Source of the DNA: Schmidtea polychroa
Lineage: Eukaryota
Assembly (NCBI GenBank): GCA_044892525.1
Contig: CM097885.1
Location: forward strand, 10,170,001-10,234,000
Length of the DNA stretch: 64,000 bases
Reading direction: 5' to 3'
Position numbers and translations under genes: made by a program. The notes beneath the pieces were generated by a model, which worked only from the letters and a program-made list of their open reading frames with translations, ran no database searches and was not told the origin of the DNA. Shown in pieces: positions 50,289-64,000 of this stretch (positions within the stretch are counted from its first letter, which is position 1; each line of letters begins with the position of its first letter).

Positions 50289-53200
50289 TTATAAGAACTT
50301 TTTTCCCAATTTCACCACTGATTTCTTTTCCATTGTATTTAGTAAAAAGCTTGTTGAATATAAATCAGTAAATATATATCAAAAACATCGATATAATTAC
50401 TGATTCAAAGCATTCAAGCATTTTAATAAATAATAATAGTTATAATTGATTTCCAGATCAATTAATTAATTTAATGCAATATATTTATTTATAATTTGAA
50501 ATTATTGATTTAAAAATATTAATTGTTTTATTTTTATTAATATTTCGACATTATTAGGTACCGAGATAAATCCAATTGTGAATGGGATAAATAAGTAAAT
50601 AAATAGCGCGGGAAATTGGCTCATCAAGATGACTGGTTGCATCAATTGTTCACAAGATTTTCTCATTAAATTTCATGTAATATTTTATGGTAATATTATG
50701 ACTTTCCTAAATTTATCTATTTAATTATATTATAATTTTGTTTGTTCTTCCGCTTCTATTAGAATTACCGGAAAATGAAATTACTGGGGTTTCCGAAATT
50801 TTCAGAATTTGGCAGTGTTTTGTGATGCATTTTATTTTTCTTATTGGCAATTGTTGAATTTAGTTGAAATACATATTAAATTTTTGTGTTGATTGTCTTT
50901 TTTAATTTTACATTATTCTTACTCACATTGTAAGTGAAAATGCGGAGACGTCAGAAAATACCTAGACCTTTTAGAGGACATAACAAATATAAGAGAAGAC
51001 TTCCGATATCGATAAAGATGATTTTGATTCTTAAAATGGACTAGCAGATATTTCAAAGGATCAATTACAAAAAGAAGACTTGTGTTTGTTCAGGCAGTGA
51101 TAGTGGAGAAGAGAATATCCTCAATGTACGTAGACCAAGAAAAATTTTGAGAATGCCGTCATTTTGCATCCACTCCAAGAGGGAGATAAAGAAGTAATTG
51201 TAGCTTACAGAGTATGCGAAATGAAACATAATGAAAGGTAAAGTAACTAGTGGTTTTTCATTGATAACCAATCGTCGAATTATAAACCATATCATAACAT
51301 GCACAAAACTAGAAGCTTTCCGAGTTCTTGGTGAAAAATGCGATCTATCTCAAGAAAGGTTTTAGGCATTTCTTGCAATTTTATATGCACATGATGCTTA
51401 TGAAGCTAAGAATTTGAAATTATCTTATTTGCAGTCTTAAAAGTGGAGACCAGGATTTTTTGGGGAAACTATGAGTATGAAAGAGTTAACGGATATTTTA
51501 CGATTTATCCGCTTCGATAAAAAAAATGAACGGATAAATTTGCAAAGATCACAGATCTTTGTAATTCATAGATCGAAAATAGCCAGAAGTGCTACGTACC
51601 GGGAGAAAACATTAAAATTGACGAAGAATTATTCCCAACTAAAGCGAGATGCCGATTCACTCAGTACATGCCGAACAAACCGGATAATTTTTGAATAAAA
51701 TTTTGGTTGGCACCTGATTTCAAAATTAAATTTATTATAAATGAACGAAAGAAGACAGTCGGAAATTCTTATGAGTGGGTTTGTTGTCCTAAAATTAATT
51801 GAACCGTTTACCCATGCTGGAAGAAATGTAAGGACTGATAATTTTAACAGCAAATAACTAGGATCAAAATTATTGGAAACACGGACGACTTTGGAACAAT
51901 TCGTGCAAATAAAAGAGAATTTGCCTAAAATATATCGAGAAAAGACTTTGTATTTCAATTAGCAGAAGAACTTTCCACAGAGTATAAAGATCGATATGAA
52001 CTAGAAAACTTGACTGAGCAATTATAGAGCAATGAAAGTTCTAATAGACGAAAACCGTACCAAATAGGTTTATAGAATGACAATAAAACCATGAATATCT
52101 GTGCTTGTTGAAGAAAACATGTCTGAAGTAAACGTACGTCGAAAGAAATCTGTAATGTTACTACTTTTTATATAAATATATGTCTATATATATAACGGTA
52201 TATATCTTGTTTTGTATGTATCGTATCAAGTCAAGGTTATACACGTTGAAGAGAGGAATTTTCCTACTAAACAAATACATCTTCCCATTGTTGTGATTAA
52301 TAACTTTAGTTGAGAGTTAGAGCGTTAAAATGGAAGTGAACAAAGAAAGTTACAGTATGTTTTACAATTTTGTTTCGATAAAGGTGAAAACGCAAGCCAG
52401 GTGGCTGAAACTGTAAATGGTGTTTAAGGTCTCAATATTGTTTTGTTGATTTCGTTCCAGTAAATTTGATGTGAAAGATGCACCACTCACTGGAATGCCT
52501 ATCGTCGAAAATCTCGATAGCATCGTTCAGGAACTAAAGATCCATCACAAAACGAGCCATTTCTGAAGAAGTCACATACGAAACTGTCAAGCGACAACCT
52601 TCATAGTCGAAAGCCGGTGAAGCAACCGAAACAAGAATTGACGGCCCGGAAAGTCCTACTTTGTGTTTGGCAGGATTGGAAAGGGAATCATTTATTATGA
52701 GATGCTCCCTAATGGTCAATCACTCAATTCCTATCTCTATTGCCAGCAATTAGACCACTGAAAGCAGCAATCGACCAGAAGAGACGTCGTTTTCCATCAG
52801 GACAATGCCAGACCTCACACACCTTAGAGAGCTTGGTTGGAAAGTTCTTATGCAACCACCTTATAGTCTGGACCTGGCACCAAGCGATTATCATCTGTTT
52901 TTGTATATGTCAAACGCTCTTAGTGGTGTGAGATTGGCCTCAAGTGAGACTTGTGAAAAATGGCAATCTCAGGTGTTTTGCAATTGGTGACAATTCGTTT
53001 TAGGATAATGGCATAAGTGGCAACAAGTCATCGAAAACCCGAGGGCATATTTAAGTCAAAGCGAATGATAGGAACTATATTATACAAAGTTTCAAAATGA
53101 ACGTCAAAATGGATTTCTTTTTCCAAAACATAATAGCATGTTCGCAACAGCGTGTCCATTGATCATTGATTCATTTTTTAGAGTTCTTTTCAATATTCCC

Positions 53201-55584
53201 AAACCTGACAGAGATACATGACTCAAATTATATTGGAGACATTTAATGCATCAATGATGTATGATGAAATTCAAGCAGTTCTTTCTTTGTACGCTTTAAG
53301 CCGTTCTTAGGGTATCGTTCTGGACTCCAGTAATCCTATATCACACACTATGGCAATTCATGAAAGTTATGTGTTACCTCATGCTATTTCTAACATGTTA
53401 ATTTAGCTGGAGGAGAATTCACTGTTTGGTAATCCTGGTTGCTGTCAATTTTTTTTAATTTTAAAGGTATTTGTTTATTTCGAATTTTGGCGCGTGTTTT
53501 AAAATAATATTTTCGAATAATCGATTTTAGAAATTAAGTAAAAATATCTATTGATTTTTAAAAAATTAATTAAATGAAATGGATTTATTTATTAATTGAA
53601 ATTATTGATTTAAAAATATAGAATTTTATTTTCAGTTAAATTAATATTTGATAAAAGCTTGTAAAATTTCGTTATATTAGATACTGTGATACATCTGGTT
53701 ATGGAGATGAGTTGTGTGTGTATGTGTTGTTTAAATAATTGACGCGCTATTTAAATTGGTAAAATCAACAAAAATAATTTGATTGTTATTGGTAATTAAC
53801 AAATAAATTAATTTTAATGATAATTATGTGTTGTTTAAATATTTCAGAATTTGGCGCGCGCATTTTTTAAATTTCAAATTTTATTATTATTGAACAAATT
53901 TTTGGATTTTGAAAAAAATCAAATTTCCAAAATTTCTGAATTTTTAGGTAATTATCGATTTTTGAAAATTTTGATTTTCTAGTTATATAATTGATAGTTT
54001 TCAAATTAATTTTGCCTCTCAGATACAGAATTAAAATCTCTACAAGAGATGTAAATTTTTGAAAAAAATCCAGATTTTCAAAATTCATTAAAAATATTTA
54101 ATATGAAAAAATAAAAAAATTAATTATTAAAAAAATTTAAATTAAAATATATTTTTAAAATTTTAAATTAATAAAAATGTATAAACAAAAAATAAAAATA
54201 TTCAATTTTATTTAAACATATAAAAAAGTAAAAATTAATGATAAAAAATTGTTAAAAAATTTAAATATATTTAAAAAAATAAAATATATACAAAAAATTC
54301 AATAAATAATACAATAAATTCTAAAATAATCAATTTTATTAAAAAATAAAGTAAAATTTAAAATTAAAAATAAATAAATAAAAATTTTATCTGAAAGCAA
54401 TAAAATTTTCAAAAATAAAAATATTAGAAAAAATAATTTAATTAAAAATAAAATAAATATTAAAAAGTAAATTTAAACAAATTTAAAAATAAATAAAAAT
54501 TCAAAAAAAAAGAATTAAAATATTATTTTTTTAAATCAATAAAAAATTTAAATTAAAAAAAATATATAAACAAAAAATCAATTTAATTAAAAAATATATA
54601 ACAAATTTAAAAATAAACAAATAAAAATTATAAAAATCAATAAAATTTTAAAAAATAAAAATCATTAAAAATAATTTAATTTAAAATAAAATAAATATTC
54701 AAAATTCAAAAAAATTTAATCAAAAACAACATTTTTTGAAAAATCAACAAATTTATATTTTAGAAATAATTAAATAGGAAATTTAATTTAATTTTGAAAT
54801 AAAAGGCTATGAAAATTATCAAATAAAATACAAAATCTTGAAATCAATAAATAATTAAATATTAATTAATATTATTGATTAACTGGAAAACAGGTAATTT
54901 GTACCTCGCATAAAGATTGGCAAAGAATTGAAAATCTCGAACGTTCTCTATCGCAAATACTAGCTTTCATTCGATATCCGATTTCCTCCTGAAATGTGAG
55001 AGTTAAAGGAACTCTGGCAACTTGCCACAATCCCCTTCGTTCTGATATATCATGCAGCCACTGGCCAAGTAAAATTGTTGAAATATTAAATGGAAGATTT
55101 CCGATAATGTGAGCTTTACGGTTTTTTGATTCAATGGCTCCGATATCTTTTGTATCCCAGGCTTGATCAGAATGAATTGTTTGTGATAAATCGGGAAATA
55201 TATTATCATAATTAAATTTTAAAATGTCCTATTAGGCGAATTTATTTAAGGATTTTCAATTTTATATTATACTTGATTATAAATATCCATTTTGGTATTG
55301 GCATCACCTGCAGCTAATTTAAGCTGTTCTAAGTTGTGTAAAAATCTATTATCAATTTCAACAACCGCAACATGATACGGATATTGTTCTAAAATCGACC
55401 TGGTGATTCCACCTGGACCAGGACCAACTTCAAGTACATATGAGTTCTTAAGATCGCCGGCAGATTTAATGAAATTTTTAATACAGTGTGGTTGAAGCAA
55501 GAAATTTTGAGATAATTGACCACAAGCTTTAATATTCAAAATACGAAGTAATTCGTGTAATGTTGCCAATGGAGGTAAATGTGA
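49619..55584 (-). CDS. TFB1M: Mitochondrial dimethyladenosine transferase 1 (KsgA/Dim1 family); first exon not located
   Basis: Exons 55273-55584 (LPPL...LSQNFLL...VLEVGPGPGGITRS...VVEID), 54905-55228 (IIGNLPFNIST...LTFQEE), 50042-50193 (IPGTAFLPK), 49883-49994 and 49619-49828 (LSMEDF...YDYDFR), all joined in frame by GT-AG introns. Confidence 0.93.
50930..52150 (+). mobile_element. Degenerate piggyBac-like transposase in the TFB1M intron
   Basis: ILRFIRFD; YVPGENIKIDEELFPTKARCRFTQYMPNKP; GRNVRTDNF; many stops. Confidence 0.8.
52330..53060 (+). mobile_element. Degenerate mariner (Mos1-like) transposase
   Basis: MEVNKE...FDKGENASQ; LRELGWKVLMQPPYSLDLAPSDYHLF (YSPDLAPSD motif). Confidence 0.88.
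53225..53425 (+). pseudogene. Actin gene fragment
   Basis: Decayed ETFN..., IQAVLSLYA, GIVLDS, HT..IHESYVLPHAI, LAGGEFT match the actin core with indels. Confidence 0.8.
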
Positions 55585-58500
55585 CTAAATTAAATTTCAT
55601 TACAATTAACCTTTCAAAATGAATTTTTCGAAATTTTATTAGCAATTAAAATGATTAAATTGAATAAAATGGCAGATATAATAATTATAAATTTATATAA
55701 ACCAATTATTTGCATATGCACTTGAAGGTTTATTTATAAGTATAAATTTTATAATTTTTAAATATTAGAAACTTTGAATAATTTATATAAAATTATGCAA
55801 ATTTTAAATAAAAATAAACTTTAATATGACTTCAAGAAATGAATATTCAAACAACGGTTTTATTAATTTTAATATAGATATTATTAAAAAAATAATGTTG
55901 ATTGAAAAAAAGAAGATTCTAAATATCATTGTAATAACATCCAAAACATTTTTATGAAATGTAAATTAATTACGTTACTAAAATATAGAAATTAAAATTT
56001 GAAGAGGTCATTCGAATATTTTAAAATGAGAAATTATATTGAAATGACCATATACATGCACTAGAATTAGGATAACGCAACCAACTCCATGGGATCCACT
56101 ATATTATTTCTGTGCGAATTGAGATTGAACATTAGTTGCTAAGTACACGACAAAATAGAATATCATATGAAGACCTTCGTAGGGTTGTGGGCGTTGACCT
56201 ACATCGTCACTCGTACTTATCAGTGCACAGGAAATTCGTTCCTTCTATTATCATAACTAGACTTAATTTCACCGCAAACCCCAATGAAAAACATGCTTTA
56301 TTCAGCCTGAGCCCCCCATGAATGACGGTCTGTATAAGGTGGGTCGAACCCGAAAATAAATTTTAGAACTCATGGGTCTCCTAAATTTTCAGATTCATTG
56401 AGTCAAAGGTGTCGAAAAGAGAAAAAAACTCTTTCCTTTTTAAGGTTGTATCACCAGTACTTACTTATTAGGTATTGAATATTTTCAAAATTAGAAAAAC
56501 AAATGAGATATAATTTCTAATCTAAAACAAAACTCTAATATTTACAAGAATATAGGATGTCTCTACACAAAGGTTTATCTTGATATTAGAGTACAAATAT
56601 AAAATATAAAATTTATATGTAGCCCTAAAATGGAAATTTTAGAAATCCCATTTGTTTAAAATTCTAAATTTGAAATCCGTTAACCTCGAAATTTATCAAA
56701 AAAGGTAGAAATCTTTATAAAATATCAATTTAAGCTTCGAATAATTTTTTAGGTAGTAATTTAAGCAGATTTAAAGAAAGTGGGGGAAAGAAGAGATTCT
56801 TACCGACTTATTGATATTTAGTTCGACCGCTAAAATTGAGAATTCAAAGCACATGAAGTTTCAGAGGAAATTTTATATGCTAACGATTTTATGATAATTT
56901 AAATAATACTAACGATTATGATGTTAAAGATGAATATAATAAATTTATTTAAGTAGCATAGAATATTCTAGAAATTGTCATATCCATTATAGCGGTGAAA
57001 TTAATTAAAATTAAATAAAATATAAAAACGAGAAAATAAAATAAATCATAAATATGAAAGGTGCCAACGCACTTAACGCATAGGTGGCCAAATTTGGTAC
57101 GTCGCTGCGTGTCTGTTCCATGCTCGCAACAGGTAAGTCAGGTAATTGCAGAATACTACGGCTAGATTAAATTTAGTTAAGAAGATCGCGAGCTCCTGCA
57201 AGCTTTTTAGTTTGTTCGTAGTTCCAAGGTCTTATGGCACAAAACTAAGAGCTAAAAAGGTAAATTTATCAAACTTTAAAATAAGGGCGGATCCATGCCC
57301 AAAACTTTAAATAGAGAAGTTTGAATAATGACGATTTAAGGTGGAATAAATAAAACCTTAAAATAAGAGCAAATGATAATAAATCTATATAGTATTAATA
57401 TGGTGACCCATAATACCATCTTTAGTGAAATAAACTCAAGATATTAAGTGATAGGAAGTTTGCCAGCATGCATTTCGTGTTATTTTTGTATGGGGTAGAT
57501 ATAACATAGAAGGTTTTCAAATTAAGGCATAATTTTATTAATCCACTGTCCTACATATAATAGAAATTAGAATACCACAGCTTTATTCAGGATCGAGAAT
57601 ATTGCGCATGGGGGGATGCCTGAATATCGAAAACATGCATTGCAATGTGTTATATTTTATCATTTATTCCAAATTGGTAATGACCCTTTCATGATGATCC
57701 GAGTAGTTCAATGAAACTGTAGGAGCAAGCAGATTCCCGTAGAGTAGCAATCCTCATCGGGTCTGGAAAGAGACGAAAACCGATGCTGAAATTGGGGCTA
57801 CAGAATGGATAGCGCCAATTATTATTATAGAATAAAGAACTTAACAGCACAGGAGAGCAAACATGGGTACCCAATGATCTTACTGAAACGGGAGCTGCTT
57901 CTGAATCGAGCACAGATAGCCTGGATACATGCGGTGCATGAAGTTCAATTCTACTAAACCTCCAACGTATAAAAGATGACATCCGGCAACGGCTTATTCG
58001 CAAATCATTGTTTCGTGTAGTAGCAAAATATATTGATGAATAAATATTATTCTTATGTATGATGAATGTTGCTGTTTTGACATAAAAATCTGTTGCATGT
58101 TATCGAGCTTCGGTTGATACATGTTGAATGTAGGTTCTCGAGTGATGATGATATAGTTATAATAGACCTCAATAGTTTAACATTGTTGGAACTCGACACC
58201 TATCTGTATAAATTACCATAGACATCGCGCCATTAATACTAAGTCCATTTAATTGAGTCGAATGGCTTAGGTAGCCCTACCGCGCATCTCACCAGTCCGC
58301 AAACCCACTTGAGTGCTCCACAATTTTAGTACACAAAAGTATGCTCACTTTCCTCACTTCTGAATCGAGCACAGATAGCCTGGATACACTCACTTTTCCT
58401 ATGCGACACATTATCAACGTTGATTTCTCAACGGGTGTCGGATAGTAGAATAAACAATTGTATCTTGGGTTGCGTCGGGAACGACACGAAAGGGTAAAAT

Positions 58501-61500
58501 GTTGATTACCTGTTACCCACCAATAATAATAAATCATTAAAATTATTAATTATAATCACAGTAAGTGAAACATTTTGATATTTCAGATTCGATTTCTAAT
58601 CAACAAAATTTCAGTCTATAACCATTAATCCTTAAAATGATACAAATAATTATAATGAAGGCAACTAGAGTTTCTTCCTCTCTCTATTGGAACGAATTTG
58701 TCTTAGAACCGTACTATCAGTACAAAATTTAAATATTGCATTTAAAAGCAGAAGATAAACACGACAAAAACCAATTTAGCCTGCCAAAAAGAAATAAATT
58801 TCAAAATTAAATACGATTATAGTGGAACTTCTTACTTACAGATGTAAGCAATTCCCGTTCGAATTATGGATTCACTAGCTTAGGCAATAAAAGGATATTA
58901 TCAGAATATAATGATGTAAACTAAGGCTTGTAAATTTCTGTGTAGTTCAATACGAAGTCCTATGAGAATAATGTTGGGCTAGAACTGATTTCTAGACCCA
59001 AACTACTAATTGTGACTGAAACGTGCAGGTACACAACATGTAAAAAGCAAAAAGTATAGTTAAATATTAAAATACACACCAAATAAACAATATTAACTAA
59101 AGGAGAAAGCAACAAAAACATAAACAAAGAAATTAAATAAAATTATACAGAAGCAAGAAGTGATGCAAAAACCTAACTCAAAAATAATCAAACAAACATA
59201 GAATTACCAAAAGCAAACTCGAATAACTGAAAAGACGATAAAAATAGTAAAAAATTCCAGAAAAACCCAGAACATTCTATAAAATGGCGATGACCATCAC
59301 AAAAGTCATCTAGAACAACAAAAGTTAAGGAAAATAAATGAATTAGTATTAAAAATAAAAAATCTCAAAAGAAATTCATAAAAACATCAGTTAAAATAAA
59401 AATTAAATTAAAAGTAAAATAGAATGTTCTGGAACCGTTCCAAATCCATCATGGACGTCAAATTAACAAAAAATAATTAAAAAATAAAAATATAAAAATA
59501 AAAACAAAAATTATGGCACAAAAATCGCCATTAAAAATAGCAAAATCGTAAAATAGAAAATTCTGGAATAAAAAGAATTCGAGTTTGTTTTAACGCATCA
59601 ATACATACACGTGTACAAAATAGGTATATATACTGACACGTTTCAGGCACAAGTAATCATTATTTTGTTTATGCCAATATTTTATTAGAAATTTTCCGAA
59701 AGTTATTAGTAAGTAGATTTTTCTTTTGTTATTCGATGTTATCATGATTAATGTAACTATTTTAATGTAGATTAATATCCATAAGATCAATTTCTTTTTA
59801 TGTTTATCTTTTATTAAAAATTTTTGTTTGAATACGACTGATCAGCGGCGTCGCAGTGCGTCTCTGTTCAGTCCTGCATTTGATATTAACAATTTTTGAA
59901 ACATGCAGACATGCAATATTCTATATATATATTTTTTTTTTGTTTGGTCATCGGAGGTCGGCCACTTCATGGTTCTACCATGGAGTTGTGTCGATAAAAC
60001 CCCTCCGCTATGGCTCTATATGCTTTATTTATCGGTCGACAGTGATGTTTCGACTCAACACAACAGTAGGGCTTGTCGTAGCGGTCACAGTGGGGCCGTG
60101 TAAGCAAGCATTCTTCCCGAGTACAAGCAAACATATTTAATTTCAACATTAAAAATCGTAGACAATAGGGTACACTAAGGTCGTAATCGAGTAGATCTCA
60201 GACCCAAATTGAACACAGCAATTACAATTCAGCTAATGTAGTCGGTTAAGACCTCTCCACTTACACGTTTGTCGAACCTCATTGAGAAATAATTTTTCGT
60301 ATCAGTGTAAATGTCTCTCTCGAAATTAACCGTAATGATGCTCACGAAGGAGTTCGACAAGTGTGAATCGTAAAATGAACTATATACTCTCCTGTTACAC
60401 TTAAACATCAGGCTATAAATGTATAATGTTCCTAAACTATAGAAGATATGTTAGAATTGCTAAATACTTAGAATTCCTAAATGGTAAAACATAACTTACT
60501 ACTGTACTTAGAATTATATGTGATAATTACATAATACCTCTAAATTACAAATATGAGTTAATATTGTCTTCAAAAATATAATTTATAAAAGTTAAATTGT
60601 CAAATACCTCTTAATACTATGCCTGAAAATAATGCGGAATATTCATAAATTATAAAATTTTACTTTATACTATCCTCAAAATTATAATCTATAAATGTGT
60701 AAAACATAATTTATAAATATTAAATTATAATATACATGCTTGAAAAGCAATTTTAAAAATGTGTAATATTCCTAAATTATAAAATTTTACCCTATCTTAT
60801 TCTTAAAATTATAACTTATGCCTGTGTAAAAATATAATTTATAAATGTCAAATGGTAAAATATAACCTAGTACTATGCTTGGAGGTATAATTTATTATAA
60901 AATATAACCTAATTCTATACTTAAAAAATAAGTTAAAAAGGTACGTAAAAAATTTTTTTTTATTGTACCTAAAAATATAATTTATAAATATGTAATATTA
61001 CTAAATTATAAGATTGTATTGCTTGTGGTTCGTAAATCTTACCTTGAGATTATCGGTAGCAAACTAAAATGTAAACTCATACTACGTATAAATTATAAAA
61101 TATATCTTAGTATTTTCTGTATAAAAGTATAAAGTCATGCTACTCATAAAGTACAAATTATGTCCTAGAATTATACACAAAAATATAAACTATAGGTTTA
61201 TATTGCCCATAAATTATAGAATGTAACGTATGCGTAGAATGTAAATTACAAACTATAAGGTATGATTTTGGTTATAAGTTATAATTTCGGTATCCATAAA
61301 TACAAAGTATAAATTCCAAAGAATAGAAACTATAACTAGCTATATATAGCTCATGAGTCCGTAAAGTGTAAATTGCAAGGCTGAAGTGTGGATTATGGAG
61401 TAATTATATAAAGTATAAACCGTAAATTATTTGTATAAAAGTATAATCTAATTATATATCTAAATTACAAACTTATAAACACAATGGTAAATCTAAATTA

Positions 61501-62673
61501 CAAACTGTAAGCTTAAATTATATATATGAAGTATAAACCGTAGATTATTTTTATAAAAGTATAATCTAATTATATGTCTAAATTATAAAATTATATATCA
61601 AAATTATCTATCTAAAAATTATATATCTAAATTATACCTCTAAATTATATATCTAAATTATATAATTTATGAAATACAATCATAAATTTAGATTACAAAT
61701 TACAAACTATGATTTCATACTCCATATAAGGTAAAGGACCAAATTCTGAATTCTAAGTTTATATTTCGTATATAATTGATAAATGACGAATGTATAAAAT
61801 GTACAGTTGCGTATGCGAAATTAGCTAGGTTATAAATAACCCCTACGCCAAAATTATGGAGTATAATGACAAACATAAAGGAGAAGCACGCCCGACCTCT
61901 AGATCGGAAACCGCAGTGAAGCTTGACGATAATTTAATTAAAACTAATTTAACATCCAGTCGAAAGAGAGAATAATATTTAACATTTATTTTACAACATC
62001 AAGGTTCTAGTGGGCTAAACCAGGATTGCCGAGAGAAGTTCATTGTAGGCTTGAGTCTTGCGTGCTCCAGCTGTCTCCGCTCGTTGCTGGGAATTGCCAA
62101 TAGGATTGACAGTTGCGGATAATTCCTAAACTTTACGAATTTACTAATTTTAAATTTACAGTCTAACTTACTTCGAAGGATCCAGATGAATTGCAACACA
62201 GAAGGGAATGAATCTAAAAATCTAATATACCAAAATAAACTAAATTTATCAGGAAAAAGTTTTTTTTTATATTTAAAAGCCTTATAATTAAATGTATTTA
62301 AAATTTACTATTCAAAACCATTGTAGTTTACTTTAAATTTGACCTTATTATGATTGTTACGATAAAACACCGTAAGATATGCTAGGGAAAATTAATCGAG
62401 GTGATTAATTGGTAATTTCCGCGTAAGTTAAATTTTAATGTATAGTGGAAGACTTGAATTTTAATTTAAGCAAAAGTTGAGGTACCCTTTTAAGTACAAT
62501 TTAAGTTAATCTGATTAATTGTTTAAATTATGAACATTTGGAGTTTGCTTCGTATTGTAAGCCAATTTTTTTTTTGATTGTGTGTGGTTTCATATTAGCC
62601 CGGGAGCGTTGTAGAGGTAAACGTTCTCGTTTGAATTGTGATAACCTTATTAATCCTTACTACCCAAATAGAT

Positions 62674-63039
62674 ATGTCACACTCAGACGACTCCAACGAT
62701 GATGAAGGCTACAGACAAATGATCACCCGGCTCCGGTCCCGGTACGTCTGGCATCACATCCATCGGTGGGGCCAGGGACGGGACTTAGATTGTTCCAACC
62801 AAGTAATCCGGACGGGCCCCGAAGTAGATGCCCCGGCGTGGGTAAAAGTAGAACCCACCAACAACGTGCTCCGGGAAGCCCGCGATCGAGCGGCCGATGA
62901 GGTAGTAGAGGCCCAAAAGGGGCTGAGGAGACTCGAGCTCCAACTCAAGGCCGACACGTTGGGGATAGCTCTTGAAGAGCTGGAGGAGACCGATGCCCCT
63001 CCACGAAAACGGGGGAGGCCCCGCAAGAACCCGGCCTAA
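62674..63039 (+). CDS. Unknown 121-aa protein with C-terminal AT-hook; probably mobile-element-derived
   Basis: GC-rich island; coiled coil then PPRKRGRPRK; AATAAA at 63061. Confidence 0.45.
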   Translation: MSHSDDSNDDEGYRQMITRLRSRYVWHHIHRWGQGRDLDCSNQVIRTGPEVDAPAWVKVEPTNNVLREARDRAADEVVEAQKGLRRLELQLKADTLGIALEELEETDAPPRKRGRPRKNPA

Positions 63040-63328
63040 CTTATCGACAATCGCGGCCTGAATAAAACGATTTTTACTGACCTGATTTAGTGATATTTTA
63101 GTAACCTAACGAATTGTATTTCTCTTTTGTTTATCAAACATAATCTATCGTGTAGTGATGCAATAAATTATATTTTAGTTATTTATACTTTGGGCTTTAT
63201 AGCTAATGGGGCGTATTCATAATTGAGGTGACCCTTTTCTCATCACCCACTTACAAATTCCATGCATGTACTCTAACCAACTTTGCGCACCAGAAGGCGA
63301 ATGAGGGGATTTATTATTATTTTCTTCA

Positions 63329-63763
63329 GTGTACCAGTTATTGGAAAACCTACGAAAGGACCGCGAACAGGCCCAGCAACAATCCGAGGGTCTCCGAGGT
63401 CGGGTCGAAAAACTCAAGCTGAAGTATCGAGAACTCCAAAGTACGTGGTTCAGTCCGGCCGACATGAAAAAACAAACTACGCGCATCTCACAACTCCAGA
63501 CCCAGGCGGAGCAAGATCAGCTCGAGATCCGAGCGCTGAAGCTACAAGTGCGCTCGCTCGAGAGTAAATTGAACGAAAAATTTGTCCAGGACACCCTTTG
63601 CGAGCAGATTCGTCCACTTTCCGTAGAGTTGGCCCGGATATACCCACCGGCCCAGACGAACAAGCCGAAACGCAAACGGTTAGGACGGAACACCCGAGAG
63701 AAATTGAAAAGGGCCTGGCTGGCTGAGCAGGAGAAAGCGAAAGGGCCTGAAGTCAATCCATGA
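63329..63763 (+). CDS. Unknown coiled-coil protein with basic NLS-like tail, possibly a 3' exon
   Basis: GC-rich ORF preceded by a TTCTTCAG acceptor; KPKRKR. Confidence 0.4.
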   Translation: MYQLLENLRKDREQAQQQSEGLRGRVEKLKLKYRELQSTWFSPADMKKQTTRISQLQTQAEQDQLEIRALKLQVRSLESKLNEKFVQDTLCEQIRPLSVELARIYPPAQTNKPKRKRLGRNTREKLKRAWLAEQEKAKGPEVNP

Positions 63764-64000
63764 TCTTGGGAGGCGTTCGAGAGTGCGTGAACAATCTATG
63801 TAATATGGTGGTGGCTTAATAAATGAGTCTTGTTATTTAATGAGTATGAGAGTGAACTTTGCTGTTGTCTAAAACAGGATGGTTGGCGGGAAGGCGCTTG
63901 GAAAAACAATCTCGATGAGGGACCGAAATAAATCGGACACGTGCCTTCTATCGGCGTCCGTGAACCCATAGAGTGCTCGACAATTACAGTGCTTGGCGCG

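Noticed and set aside
57689..58537. Minus-strand ORFs sharing a ~30-bp repeat (TTCTGAATCGAGCACAGATAGCCTGGATAC)
   Set aside because: No recognisable domain; the similarity is explained by a local duplication

Overview
AT-rich eukaryotic DNA with short 37-55 nt GT-AG introns; it resembles a planarian/flatworm genome, but that is inference only. About 40 kb is a cluster of Maverick/Polinton (adintovirus-like) elements, each with AGTAG...CTACT termini. (A) 5118-21365, TSD GATATT: a decayed, near-complete element carrying a spliced Bcl-2 homolog and a TBP-like gene. (B) 22244-32585, TSD TATACT: integrase, ATPase, capsids, protease and an intact TBP-like gene, but no polymerase, with TIRs expanded to ~1.78 kb. 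(C) 35123-48608, TSD TTTAAC: a 13.5 kb near-perfect palindrome whose only recognisable genes are two intact six-intron protein-primed PolB copies, flanking a 1.5 kb mini-Maverick. Remnants of an older Polinton flank B, and A sits inside a probable solo LTR. Host genes are a RING/beta-propeller exon (825-2300) and TFB1M (minus strand, 49619-55584), whose large intron holds piggyBac, mariner and actin fragments. All splice models and family calls were made by eye from motifs; no database searches were run.
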